Source: Sphingobacteriales bacterium (GTDB lineage: Bacteria; Bacteroidota; Bacteroidia; Sphingobacteriales; Sphingobacteriaceae). From it: 57,912 nucleotides of DNA. This document shows positions 49,466 to 57,912 of this stretch, in pieces (the first letter of the stretch is position 1; every line of letters starts with the position of its first letter). A program made the translations under genes and the position numbers. The stretch is taken from the NCBI GenBank assembly GCA_004292865.1, contig RDXP01000116.1, positions 1 through 57,912 on the forward strand, read 5' to 3'. Under the pieces are notes generated by a model. It worked only from the letters and a program-made list of their open reading frames with translations, made no database searches and was not told where the DNA came from.

Positions 49466-50728
49466 ATGTCTAAAAACAAAACACTTATTCCTGTAATACT
49501 TATTATTTCTTTATTTTTTTTATGGGGTTTTGCCCACAATCTTAATCCTATATTAATACCCCATTTAAAAAAAGCCTGCCAATTATCTGATTTACAATCG
49601 GCATTAATAGATTCTTCTTTTTTTATAGCCTATTTTGCAATGGCCTTGCCCGCAGGGTATTTTATGAAAAAATATGGGTATAAATATGGCATTATTATAG
49701 GTTTAGTAATATTTGCATTAGGCGCATTTTTATTTTACCCAGCAGCTAGCACCCGAAATTTTAGTTTCTTTTTGATAGCACTTTTTGTAATAGCCAGCGG
49801 ACTCACTTTTTTAGAAACCGCCGCCAACCCATATATCTCAGTTTTGGGCGACCCCGAAACAGCAACCCAACGTTTAAATTTTGCACAATCATTTAATGGC
49901 TTGGCTGCTACATTAGCACCATTATTGGGCGGTATGTTTATACTTTCGGGCAAGCACCTTAGTGCGCAAGACGAGCAAAATATGTCGCTAACACAGCTAA
50001 ACGAATTTTTAACAAAAGAAGCATCTAGCGTACAAATACCCTATATTATTATAGGTGTAATTGTACTTACGGTAGCGGTTGTTATTTGGCGAACCAATTT
50101 ACCCGAAATTGCCGAACCCGAAGATACACAACACCAAATGGCGCAAAAACATCAAAGTATTTTTAAAGAAAAAAATTTGATGCTAGGTGTTTTAGCGCAG
50201 TTTTTTTATGTAGGTGCCCAAGTTTGTGTGTCTAGCTTTTTTATCCGCTTTGCAGGTAAAGTAGCAGGCATTGAAGAAAAATCGGCTGCTTATTTTTTAT
50301 CGGCCGCATTGCTAGGTTTTATGATAGGTAGGTTTTTTGGTACTTTTTTAATGAAATACATAGCCCCATCACGCTTATTGGCCATATATGCAGTTACCAA
50401 TATTGTGCTTTTATTGATAGCTATTTTTGCCGATGGGTATATATCTGTATATGCTTTAATTGGTGTAGAGTTTTTTATGTCTATTATGTTCCCTACTATA
50501 TTTTCGTTAAGCATACAGGGCTTAGGAGCTAAAACAAAAAAAGCCTCCTCGTTTTTAATTATGTCTATTGTAGGCGGTGCAATTTTCCCTTTAATAATGG
50601 GGCGAGTTTCTGATGCCAGTACCATACAACTAGCGTATTCGATACCCGCCTTATGCTTTTTAGTAGTATTTTACTTTGCCATTAAAAATGCTAAAGTAAC
50701 AAATATCACAATGGTAAGTGGACATTAA
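49466..50728 (+). CDS. fucP: L-fucose:H+ symporter family MFS permease
   Basis: LFFLWGFA, LETAANPY, RLNFAQSFNG and SIMFPTIF motifs; the substrate is uncertain. Confidence 0.85.
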   Translation: MSKNKTLIPVILIISLFFLWGFAHNLNPILIPHLKKACQLSDLQSALIDSSFFIAYFAMALPAGYFMKKYGYKYGIIIGLVIFALGAFLFYPAASTRNFSFFLIALFVIASGLTFLETAANPYISVLGDPETATQRLNFAQSFNGLAATLAPLLGGMFILSGKHLSAQDEQNMSLTQLNEFLTKEASSVQIPYIIIGVIVLTVAVVIWRTNLPEIAEPEDTQHQMAQKHQSIFKEKNLMLGVLAQFFYVGAQVCVSSFFIRFAGKVAGIEEKSAAYFLSAALLGFMIGRFFGTFLMKYIAPSRLLAIYAVTNIVLLLIAIFADGYISVYALIGVEFFMSIMFPTIFSLSIQGLGAKTKKASSFLIMSIVGGAIFPLIMGRVSDASTIQLAYSIPALCFLVVFYFAIKNAKVTNITMVSGH

Positions 50729-50741
50729 TTAATACCCACTT

Positions 50742-50783
50742 ACATAAAAAAAAGTCCAATTTTAATTGGGCTTTTTTTTATGT
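50742..50783. terminator. Bidirectional terminator between fucP and acr3
   Basis: ACATA8-GTCCAATT paired with AATTGGGC-T8ATGT. Confidence 0.8.
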
Positions 50784-50828
50784 TTCGAGATTTAAAAAAA
50801 TCGTTTTCGATGTAGCTTTGGGGTATAA

Positions 50829-51896
50829 TTAAGCAGCTTTATAATACTTTTTGCGGCACCAAAAGGCAAGGTTTACCAAGGCAATTAAAGCGGGTACCTC
50901 TACCAGCGGGCCAATAACGCCAGCAAAAGCCTGCCCACTATTTATACCAAATACACCTATAGCTACGGCAATTGCGAGTTCGAAATTATTGCCGGTAGCG
51001 GTAAAAGCAATGGCGGTATTTTTGCCATAATCGGCACCTAGTAGCTTTCCGCAAATAAAACTCAACAAAAACATTATTGAAAAATATATTACTAAAGGCA
51101 GGGCAATACGCAATACATCAAAGGGGATTTCTACCATAAGTTTACCTTTTAAGCTAAACATTACCACAATAGTAAAAAGCAAAGCAATAAGTGTAAAAGG
51201 CGATACGGTGGGTATAAATTTGGTTTCGAACCATGTTGCGCCTTTTAGTTTTAGTAAACCGTAACGGCTAATAATGCCCAGCGCAAAAGGTAAACCTAAA
51301 TAAATGCCTACGCTTTTTGCTACTTGGGCAATAGTAATGGGTACACTTAATCCTTCAATACCAAAATATGGGGGCAATACCGTAATAAAAAAATAGGCAT
51401 AAACACTGTAAAGCAATACCTGAAAAATACTGTTAAGGGCAATTAACCCTGCGGCATATTCGCGGTTTCCCTGCGCCAAATCGTTCCACACTACTACCAT
51501 AGCAATGCAGCGGGCTAGCCCAATTAAAATTAAACCTACCATATATTGGGGGTAATCCCTTAAAAATGTGATGGCTAAAACAAACATTAAAACAGGCCCT
51601 AAAATCCAATTTAAAAACAGCGACAATCCTAATATTTTGGTGTTTTTAAATACTTGGCCCATGTTTTCGTAACGTACTTTTGCCAATGGTGGGTACATCA
51701 TTACAATAAGCCCAATGGCGAGCGGGATATTGGTGGTACCGCTATTAAATGCGTTGATAAAACTACTACTTGATGGGATAAAATAACCGATGGCTATGCC
51801 AATGGCCATGGCAACAAATATCCAAAGGGTTAAATACTGGTCGATAAAACCTAGTTTTTTTCTTGCTACTAAGGGTGTACAATTATTTGCGGACAT
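50829..51896 (-). CDS. acr3: ACR3-family arsenite efflux pump
   Basis: [27 protein letters not shown] and GPLVEVP motifs. Confidence 0.95.
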   Translation of the reverse strand: MSANNCTPLVARKKLGFIDQYLTLWIFVAMAIGIAIGYFIPSSSSFINAFNSGTTNIPLAIGLIVMMYPPLAKVRYENMGQVFKNTKILGLSLFLNWILGPVLMFVLAITFLRDYPQYMVGLILIGLARCIAMVVVWNDLAQGNREYAAGLIALNSIFQVLLYSVYAYFFITVLPPYFGIEGLSVPITIAQVAKSVGIYLGLPFALGIISRYGLLKLKGATWFETKFIPTVSPFTLIALLFTIVVMFSLKGKLMVEIPFDVLRIALPLVIYFSIMFLLSFICGKLLGADYGKNTAIAFTATGNNFELAIAVAIGVFGINSGQAFAGVIGPLVEVPALIALVNLAFWCRKKYYKAA

Positions 51897-51898
51897 GG

Positions 51899-52531
51899 TT
51901 ATTTTTTAATTTGCGAAAACACATAGGCCATTTCGGTTGCAATTTGCAGGCTGCGTTCCTCGTATTTTTGCGCTTGTAACGGGGTGTTATCGAATGCCTT
52001 GGGGTCGTCAAAAGTTATTGGGATGCGGCTTTGGGCACCAGCTATAAAAGGGCAAGCACCATCGGCTTGTGTACAAGTAAGTATGGCCGCATAATCGCTT
52101 TGGGGGTTAAAATCATCGTCGTACGTTTTCGAAAAAGCGATGATGGGATGTTGGTTTGCGGCATATTTTATGCTGTAAATTGGGTTATTCCCGCCGGCAA
52201 TAGTTTTAATTTTAAAGCCGCTATTGGTTAAAGTTTGCGCAACGGTGGCAAACATTGCTGTGGCTTGGGTACCGCCCGAGTAGCAAAAAACATTTTTTAT
52301 GTTAAAAAATGCCGCGGCTGTTTGCGCCCATATTTGCGCCAAATGGCTTCTTCGCGAGTTATGTGTGCATATAAAGTTAAGCCTAATTTCTTGCCCGCTT
52401 GTAACCTTGTTTTGAATATAGATAACCAATGGCTGTAAAATCGCTTTACGCTCAGTACTAATGTCATCGGTTTTTAATGTGGCCATTACCTGTTCAATAG
52501 CTGTAAATAGTAGTGGTGTGGTACTTGTCAT
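51899..52531 (-). CDS. arsC: LMW-PTP-fold arsenate reductase-like protein
   Basis: P-loop [19 protein letters not shown] and DDPK; inside the ars operon. Confidence 0.8.
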   Translation of the reverse strand: MTSTTPLLFTAIEQVMATLKTDDISTERKAILQPLVIYIQNKVTSGQEIRLNFICTHNSRRSHLAQIWAQTAAAFFNIKNVFCYSGGTQATAMFATVAQTLTNSGFKIKTIAGGNNPIYSIKYAANQHPIIAFSKTYDDDFNPQSDYAAILTCTQADGACPFIAGAQSRIPITFDDPKAFDNTPLQAQKYEERSLQIATEMAYVFSQIKK

Positions 52532-52552
52532 TTTTATGTTTTTGGTATGGAT

Positions 52553-53002
52553 TTAACAACAGCCTCCGCCTGAGGTGCAAGCGTTATCAAGTTTTATAAA
52601 ATTATTTTTAGGTGCTACACATTTTTCTTTGGCTAGGCAATCGGTATGTTTTGCTATAAGTTTAAAACATTGCCCATTATAATCTAAACCATATTTACCT
52701 ATTGTTTCGGTTTGATACTCCAGTTCAATTTCAATATCCTGCGGTGTAATTTCTTTTTCGAATAATGAAATAATGTTTAACAAGCTGGTGGGAGCTAATC
52801 GGTGCTGGGTATCATCATCTACCCAAATTTGCATGCTTACTAGTTTTTGAGTGTGCATTTGGCCACCGCAATCAATAAATTGTTTGCTTAGCAAACCTAT
52901 TTCGGTAATATGAAAATGCGCTGCAACAGGCTCGCCATTAGGCTTTACAATATTAATTGCTGATGCACCCGTTAAATAATTTTTAAATTCGGATAGTTTC
53001 AT
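52553..53002 (-). CDS. DUF6428 family protein
   Basis: HFHITEIG, FIDCGG, EYQTETIGKY and TDCLA, with C-terminal CTSGGGCC. The ATG is at 53002. Confidence 0.8.
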   Translation of the reverse strand: MKLSEFKNYLTGASAINIVKPNGEPVAAHFHITEIGLLSKQFIDCGGQMHTQKLVSMQIWVDDDTQHRLAPTSLLNIISLFEKEITPQDIEIELEYQTETIGKYGLDYNGQCFKLIAKHTDCLAKEKCVAPKNNFIKLDNACTSGGGCC

Positions 53003-53013
53003 AATGGTATAAT

Positions 53014-53346
53014 TTAGCAACAATTGGTTTTTTTATGGTTTAATAATTGGGCTATATGGGCAAAATAGGCTTGTAAAACGGCTACCACATTTTCATCAAT
53101 ACAATAACAAATGGCATTGCCTTCTATGTTTCCTTTGATAATGCCCGCCGTTTTTAATTCTCTTAAATGCTGCGATACAGTGGGCTGCGCCAAAGGCAAT
53201 TCATTTACAATATCGCCACATATACAAGTATCTACGCTAAGTAAATAATCGATAATGGCTACCCTTGCTGGGTGTGCCAATGCTTTTGCCAGTGAGGCAA
53301 TGGTATTTTGATGCTGACTGAAATGATGTGTTTTGCTTGCTCCCAT
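53014..53346 (-). CDS. arsR: ArsR family repressor
   Basis: KALAHPAR, CICGD and TVSQHL, with C-terminal CC. The ATG is at 53346. Confidence 0.93.
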   Translation of the reverse strand: MGASKTHHFSQHQNTIASLAKALAHPARVAIIDYLLSVDTCICGDIVNELPLAQPTVSQHLRELKTAGIIKGNIEGNAICYCIDENVVAVLQAYFAHIAQLLNHKKTNCC

Positions 53347-53352
53347 ATTTTT

Positions 53353-53372
53353 ATATTGCAATATTACGATAT
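53353..53372. promoter_or_regulatory. Putative ArsR operator
   Basis: Imperfect palindrome ATATTGCAAT-ATTACGATAT (8/10 pairs) 6 nt upstream of the arsR start. Confidence 0.7.
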
Positions 53373-53445
53373 AGATGTAAAGAAAAGAAATTTTTAGGAG
53401 AAATTTTTTCGAGAAAAAAGGAAATGGGTTTCGTTCAATTGCTAC

Positions 53446-53528
53446 AATTGATGCCTTCGCTTTGAATTGATGCCTTCGCTTTGAGCGAAGGCATCAATAT
53501 CGGAGGCATCAAGCGAGGGCATCAATTC
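53446..53528. repeat. REP-like nested direct and inverted repeat cluster
   Basis: AATTGATGCCTTCGCTTTG twice, then inverted copies AGCGAAGGCATCAAT, GGAGGCATCAA and AGCGAGGGCATCAATT. Confidence 0.85.
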
Positions 53529-53531
53529 ATT

Positions 53532-54806
53532 TTACAACAAATCAAATCCAATATCTCGCCTAAAATACACGCCATCGTAATACACTCGGCCAGCGTCGGC
53601 GGTGGCTTGTTGTAGGGCGGTAAATAAATCGGGTTGTAAACTGGTAATGGCCAGCACTCGGCCACCATTGGTTTTTACCAAGCCATTATCGAGGACGGTA
53701 CCTGCATGAAAAGCGGTTGAATCTTTTAAGTTTTCTAATCCTGTAATGGTTTTTCCAGTAATATATTCGCCTGGGTAACCCGCCGAAACCAGCATAATGG
53801 TAGCTGCGGTTTTGGGTGAGATGATGAGTTGATAGTCGGCTACTTTTTCATCGGCTACAGCCATCAAAAGTTCTAAAAAATCGCTTTCTATACGGGGCAG
53901 TACACTTTCGGTTTCGGGGTCGCCCATGCGGCAATTATATTCTACTACTGATGGCTGGCCGTTATCGTTCATCAAACCAATAAAAATAAAACCCTTATAA
54001 TGGATGCCCTCTTGCCTTAACCCATTAATAGTGGGGATAATTACGGTTTCTTCTACCTTTTTCATAAAAGCAGCATCGGCAAAATGTACGGGCGATATAG
54101 CACCCATACCGCCTGTATTTAGGCCCTTATCGCCTTCGCCTATACGTTTATAATCTTTGGCTTCGGGCAGTATTACATAATTTTGGCCATCGCTAACCAC
54201 AAAAACCGAAAGCTCGATACCGTGTAAAAACTCCTCTACCACTACTTTTGCACTTGCTTTACCAAATTTTGCTTCAGCTAGCATAAGGGTTAATTCGGCT
54301 TGCGCTTGGGCAACCGTAGTGCATATTAAAACGCCTTTACCAGCGGCTAGGCCATCGGCTTTTAGTACAATAGGCAGGCTATGGTTTTGTAAATAAGCCA
54401 TGCCTTGTGGCAATGTTTCGATGGTAAAAGTGTGCGAACTGGCCGTAGGGATGCCGTATTTGTGCATAAAATTTTTCGAAAAATCTTTGCTCCCTTCCAG
54501 TTGTGCGCCATCTTTTTTGGGGCCTATTACGGGTATATGCGCCAAGGCTGGGTCGGCCAAAAAGAAATCATGAATGCCCCGCACCAACGGTTCCTCGGGC
54601 CCTATAACTACAAAAGTAATTTGATGGCTAATTACTGCCGCCTTTACAGCTTCAAAATCGAGTACATCAATGGGTAAATTTTGGCCAAATTGAGCTGTGC
54701 CTGCGTTGCCAGGGGCAATAAAAAGTTTAGTACAATGTTTACTTTGACTTATTTTTAAACTAAAGGCGTTTTCTCGTCCGCCGGCACCTATTAATAAAAT
54801 ATTCAT
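53532..54806 (-). CDS. purD: Phosphoribosylamine--glycine ligase
   Basis: GAGGRE, APGNAG, KADGLAAGKGV, NTGGMGA and RMGDPE motifs. Confidence 0.97.
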   Translation of the reverse strand: MNILLIGAGGRENAFSLKISQSKHCTKLFIAPGNAGTAQFGQNLPIDVLDFEAVKAAVISHQITFVVIGPEEPLVRGIHDFFLADPALAHIPVIGPKKDGAQLEGSKDFSKNFMHKYGIPTASSHTFTIETLPQGMAYLQNHSLPIVLKADGLAAGKGVLICTTVAQAQAELTLMLAEAKFGKASAKVVVEEFLHGIELSVFVVSDGQNYVILPEAKDYKRIGEGDKGLNTGGMGAISPVHFADAAFMKKVEETVIIPTINGLRQEGIHYKGFIFIGLMNDNGQPSVVEYNCRMGDPETESVLPRIESDFLELLMAVADEKVADYQLIISPKTAATIMLVSAGYPGEYITGKTITGLENLKDSTAFHAGTVLDNGLVKTNGGRVLAITSLQPDLFTALQQATADAGRVYYDGVYFRRDIGFDLL

Positions 54807-54810
54807 GTGC

Positions 54811-54818
54811 CAAAAATA
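54811..54818 (-). promoter_or_regulatory. -7 box 4 nt before the purD ATG
   Basis: TATTTTTG-gcac-ATG on the minus strand. Confidence 0.6.
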
Positions 54819-55260
54819 GTTTTTACAATTTAAAATTATTTTATTTTTTTAGGTTTCCCTTTTCGGGAGAAAATTGGCCAGCACAGTATGTTTTGTAGGT
54901 AACAAAGCAAGGTGTAAATGCGTAAAAATATTTGATGCGCTCTGCTAATTGTACTGAAAAAAACACTTTTTTTATATTTTATTATTTTCTTTTCAAGCAA
55001 AAACAACCCCTTTTTTTAGGTAAAAAAAGGGGTTAAAATGCCTATAATATGAGTTTTAAACATTTTGTTGAAAACTTTTTTTAATAAAAAACATTGTTTT
55101 AACATTGGTTTGATGGTTTTATGCGATATAGGCAATGTTTCTCATCCCCTTTTTAACTAAAAATTGTTTCTAATTATTATGTTTGTAACAGTTATGCTAC
55201 ACACCAAAATCGTAGGCATTAATTAAACCAATTATTAACCCAAAATAAATTTCACAGGAT

Positions 55261-57912
55261 ATGAAAAAAAATATACTAACGCTTTTACTATTGGTTGTTT
55301 TTTCTAATGCGTTTGCTTTAACTTTTTACTACAATGGAGCAACGGGTACAAATGCAATTACAACTAGAACTAATTGGGGGCAAAATAACGATGGTACTGG
55401 TACAAATCCAACAAATCCTCAGTTTACAGCGCAAGCGCACACCTACATTATGGTAAATACTGTTAACGATATGGTGATAGATTTAAGTACAACTTGGGCA
55501 TTAGGCACAGGCTCAACCTTAACAATAGGCGACCCTAACCCCATTTTTTACATTGCAACCCTTCGCATACTGGTAGGTGGTAGTATTACTGGTGCTACAG
55601 TTAATGTAAACGATAGCCCCAACGATTATCGTTATAATAAATTGGTAATCAATAGTACCACTATGCCTACATTGGGTACAACATTTGGTACACAATTTTT
55701 AAGACAAAGCTCGGTAGAATTTGGTGCCGCTGCCGACCTTACTGTACCCATCCGAAATTATGGCGATTTAATTATTTCTGGTAATAAAGCAGGTACAACC
55801 ATTACGCTTCCAGCAGGGCAAATTGGTATTTCATCTACCTTTAGCATTACAGCAACAGGTAGTCCTACTCCTATTGTATATAGTGTTAATCCAGCTAATG
55901 TTGTAAATTATAATGGCTCAAATAACATAAACATACCAGCGGTTCCGTTTCAATACAGCAATTTAACTATATCTAATGCGGGTGTTAAAAACATACTAGG
56001 TAGCCCTAGGGTAAATGGTGTTTTTTCTATACAAGGCGATGCTGATAACATAGGCTCGCTCGATTATGCCGCTGCGGCAGTGTTAGAGTACAGAAACTTT
56101 AATACTCCCCGTACCCGTTCGGCATTGGGTTACTCGTTTCGCATAGATAACTACGGCGGTGGTGGTTCAAACCCTAACACCATTAGGGTTGCCGATGGTG
56201 CCACTGTAAATATTGACGATGTGATACCTATACAAACTAATGCATTGCCTGCTCCTAATGGTACTTGGAACTCACCTCAATGCAAGATGTTTTGCGATTT
56301 AGAAATTACAGGTACAGGAAGAGTAAATATAAACAATGGCTGTCGTATAGATTTATTTAAAAATTTAATTACCTCGGGCGGAGGCCAATTGGGCGGTGTG
56401 GTAGGTTCCAGAATACATATAAGTGGTCCTGGTATTGTAAATATAGGTAAAATTAATACTTTGGGGTTTGTGTGTTTAGATAAAGACTCAAATTTAGGAA
56501 CCTTTACCGATAACTTAAATGTTGGCGATTTATATGTTTGGAATCCCATTGATGGAAATGCAGTTGCCGCAGGATTGTTTTCGTTTAATCCTGGAATAAG
56601 CATTACTGCAGGCTCTTTAACCATGGGTAAAGAAGCACCAGGTACCCCATTACCTGCCAAAGCTTACACGCCAGGTTCTGGGGTAGCTAACGGTACCCTT
56701 ATTTTAAACAATACTGCTTTAGGAAGCGGTGCCACCCATGTACACAATATAACAGGCAATGTAACTATTATTGATGGTACAATAGATTTTTCGACCGCAA
56801 ACATGGCCGACAATGAATCTGTTGTGCTAAATATAGGGGGTAATTTCTCTAAAACTGGGGGTACTTTTCAAACCTCATCTACCGATGTTAAGTATGGCAA
56901 AATTAACTTTAACGGCACAGCCCAAAATCTTTTTAATACCACGGCGGGCAGTACCGCTACCGAGGTTAATTATTACGTGGTATCGCCTAGTGTGAGTACC
57001 TTAACTAATAATTTTGATTTAAGTACGGGTAGCGGTGCCTCGTCGATACAGGTTAATAGTGGCGGAACATTAGATTTTGGCACCCGAATAGTTACTGCAG
57101 GTGCTTGGTTTACGCTTGTAGGTGGCGGTACAGTTCGTACAGCCAATACAGATGGTTTTTATTCTACAGGTGCACTAGGCAGTGTACAAACAACTAACCG
57201 GTATTTTTCGAGTACCGCCAACTATGTGTATAATGGCACTACTGCAGAAATTACAGGTGTTTTTACTACCGATCCTACCGCTTTAACGGTTAATAGCCTA
57301 ACCATAAATAATGCTGCTGGTGTAACAGCCTCGCAAAATTTCACAGTAAACGGTACTTATACAGGTACAGCAGGGGTATTTGATATTACAGGCCGTACAA
57401 TAAGTATAGTAGGCGATATAGCCAATAGCGGTACAGGCACTTTGCGTGGAGGTGGCACAGCAAACCTAAATGTACTAGGTACAGGTGCTATTGCAGGGCC
57501 ACTGCGTATCGACCAAAGTAGTCCAGGGGTAAGTAGAGGCACAGGCGCAGCCGATGATCTTACCGCACTAATTCCTGGAACTAGCAACAGGTTTAACAAT
57601 GTAACACTTAACAGAACAGGAGGAGGTACATTAACGCTATCTAATGAGATGCAAGTAACCAATACCCTTACCCCTACCGCAGGCACCCTAGCCAGTGGTG
57701 GAAATTTGGTAATGCTAAGTACGGCTTCCACCACCTCCAGTATATTGGCCTTGCCAGCTTCGGGCGCAGCCATTACAGGCGATGTAGTAGTACATAGTTT
57801 TTTCAAAGGCGGTTCAGTAGCTAGCAACCGAGGCTTTAGAATGATAAGTAGCCCTATCAGCAGTACAGCATCGTTTTTCCAACAACTAAAAAACCGTTTT
57901 ATAATTACCTGT
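55261..57912 (+). CDS. Large secreted G/T/N-rich beta-repeat surface protein, 3'-truncated (possible T9SS cargo)
   Basis: The frame is open from ATG 55261 to the window end (884 codons, translated by hand). It has signal peptide MKKNILTLLLLVVFSNAFA and repeats YGDLIISG, YSNLTISN and VNSLTINN. It is absent from the ORF track, presumably because it has no stop in the window. Confidence 0.88.
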   Translation, partial: MKKNILTLLLLVVFSNAFALTFYYNGATGTNAITTRTNWGQNNDGTGTNPTNPQFTAQAHTYIMVNTVNDMVIDLSTTWALGTGSTLTIGDPNPIFYIATLRILVGGSITGATVNVNDSPNDYRYNKLVINSTTMPTLGTTFGTQFLRQSSVEFGAAADLTVPIRNYGDLIISGNKAGTTITLPAGQIGISSTFSITATGSPTPIVYSVNPANVVNYNGSNNINIPAVPFQYSNLTISNAGVKNILGSPRVNGVFSIQGDADNIGSLDYAAAAVLEYRNFNTPRTRSALGYSFRIDNYGGGGSNPNTIRVADGATVNIDDVIPIQTNALPAPNGTWNSPQCKMFCDLEITGTGRVNINNGCRIDLFKNLITSGGGQLGGVVGSRIHISGPGIVNIGKINTLGFVCLDKDSNLGTFTDNLNVGDLYVWNPIDGNAVAAGLFSFNPGISITAGSLTMGKEAPGTPLPAKAYTPGSGVANGTLILNNTALGSGATHVHNITGNVTIIDGTIDFSTANMADNESVVLNIGGNFSKTGGTFQTSSTDVKYGKINFNGTAQNLFNTTAGSTATEVNYYVVSPSVSTLTNNFDLSTGSGASSIQVNSGGTLDFGTRIVTAGAWFTLVGGGTVRTANTDGFYSTGALGSVQTTNRYFSSTANYVYNGTTAEITGVFTTDPTALTVNSLTINNAAGVTASQNFTVNGTYTGTAGVFDITGRTISIVGDIANSGTGTLRGGGTANLNVLGTGAIAGPLRIDQSSPGVSRGTGAADDLTALIPGTSNRFNNVTLNRTGGGTLTLSNEMQVTNTLTPTAGTLASGGNLVMLSTASTTSSILALPASGAAITGDVVVHSFFKGGSVASNRGFRMISSPISSTASFFQQLKNRFIITC

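Overview
AT-rich chromosomal window from a Bacteroidota bacterium, most likely Sphingobacteriaceae. This is inferred from gldH, HmuY, DUF4270, DUF3078, an IPExxxVDY-family gene and TAnnTTTG promoters. In order it contains: a heme-uptake operon (TonB receptor cut by the window edge, hmuY, hmuT, hmuU, hmuV, hmuS) interrupted by a 20-unit heptamer repeat and an antisense PIN toxin-antitoxin pair; an Omp85-like gene, chrA and a NifU-type gene; an exbB-exbD-exbD-tonB-PstS-like-TPR operon; the DUF4270/GT5/panC/panD/rfaE2 block; a TPP-riboswitch-controlled TonB receptor; holB-ricT-gldH and lysS; a four-gene secreted CAZyme cluster; pyk, acpP-fabF-rnc, lipA and fucP; an ars operon; purD; and a large secreted beta-repeat protein running off the right end, which the ORF track omits. 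I see no CRISPR, rRNA, tRNA, transposase or prophage, and no clearly novel multi-gene system. The most unusual signals are small: (1) a ~144-bp inverted-repeat element lying in frame inside a lipoprotein signal peptide; (2) a TPP aptamer with a ~70-nt hairpin inserted in its J2/4 junction; (3) a 20-tract G-quadruplex-competent array inside the heme operon. All calls were made by eye from motifs and gene context; no searches were run.
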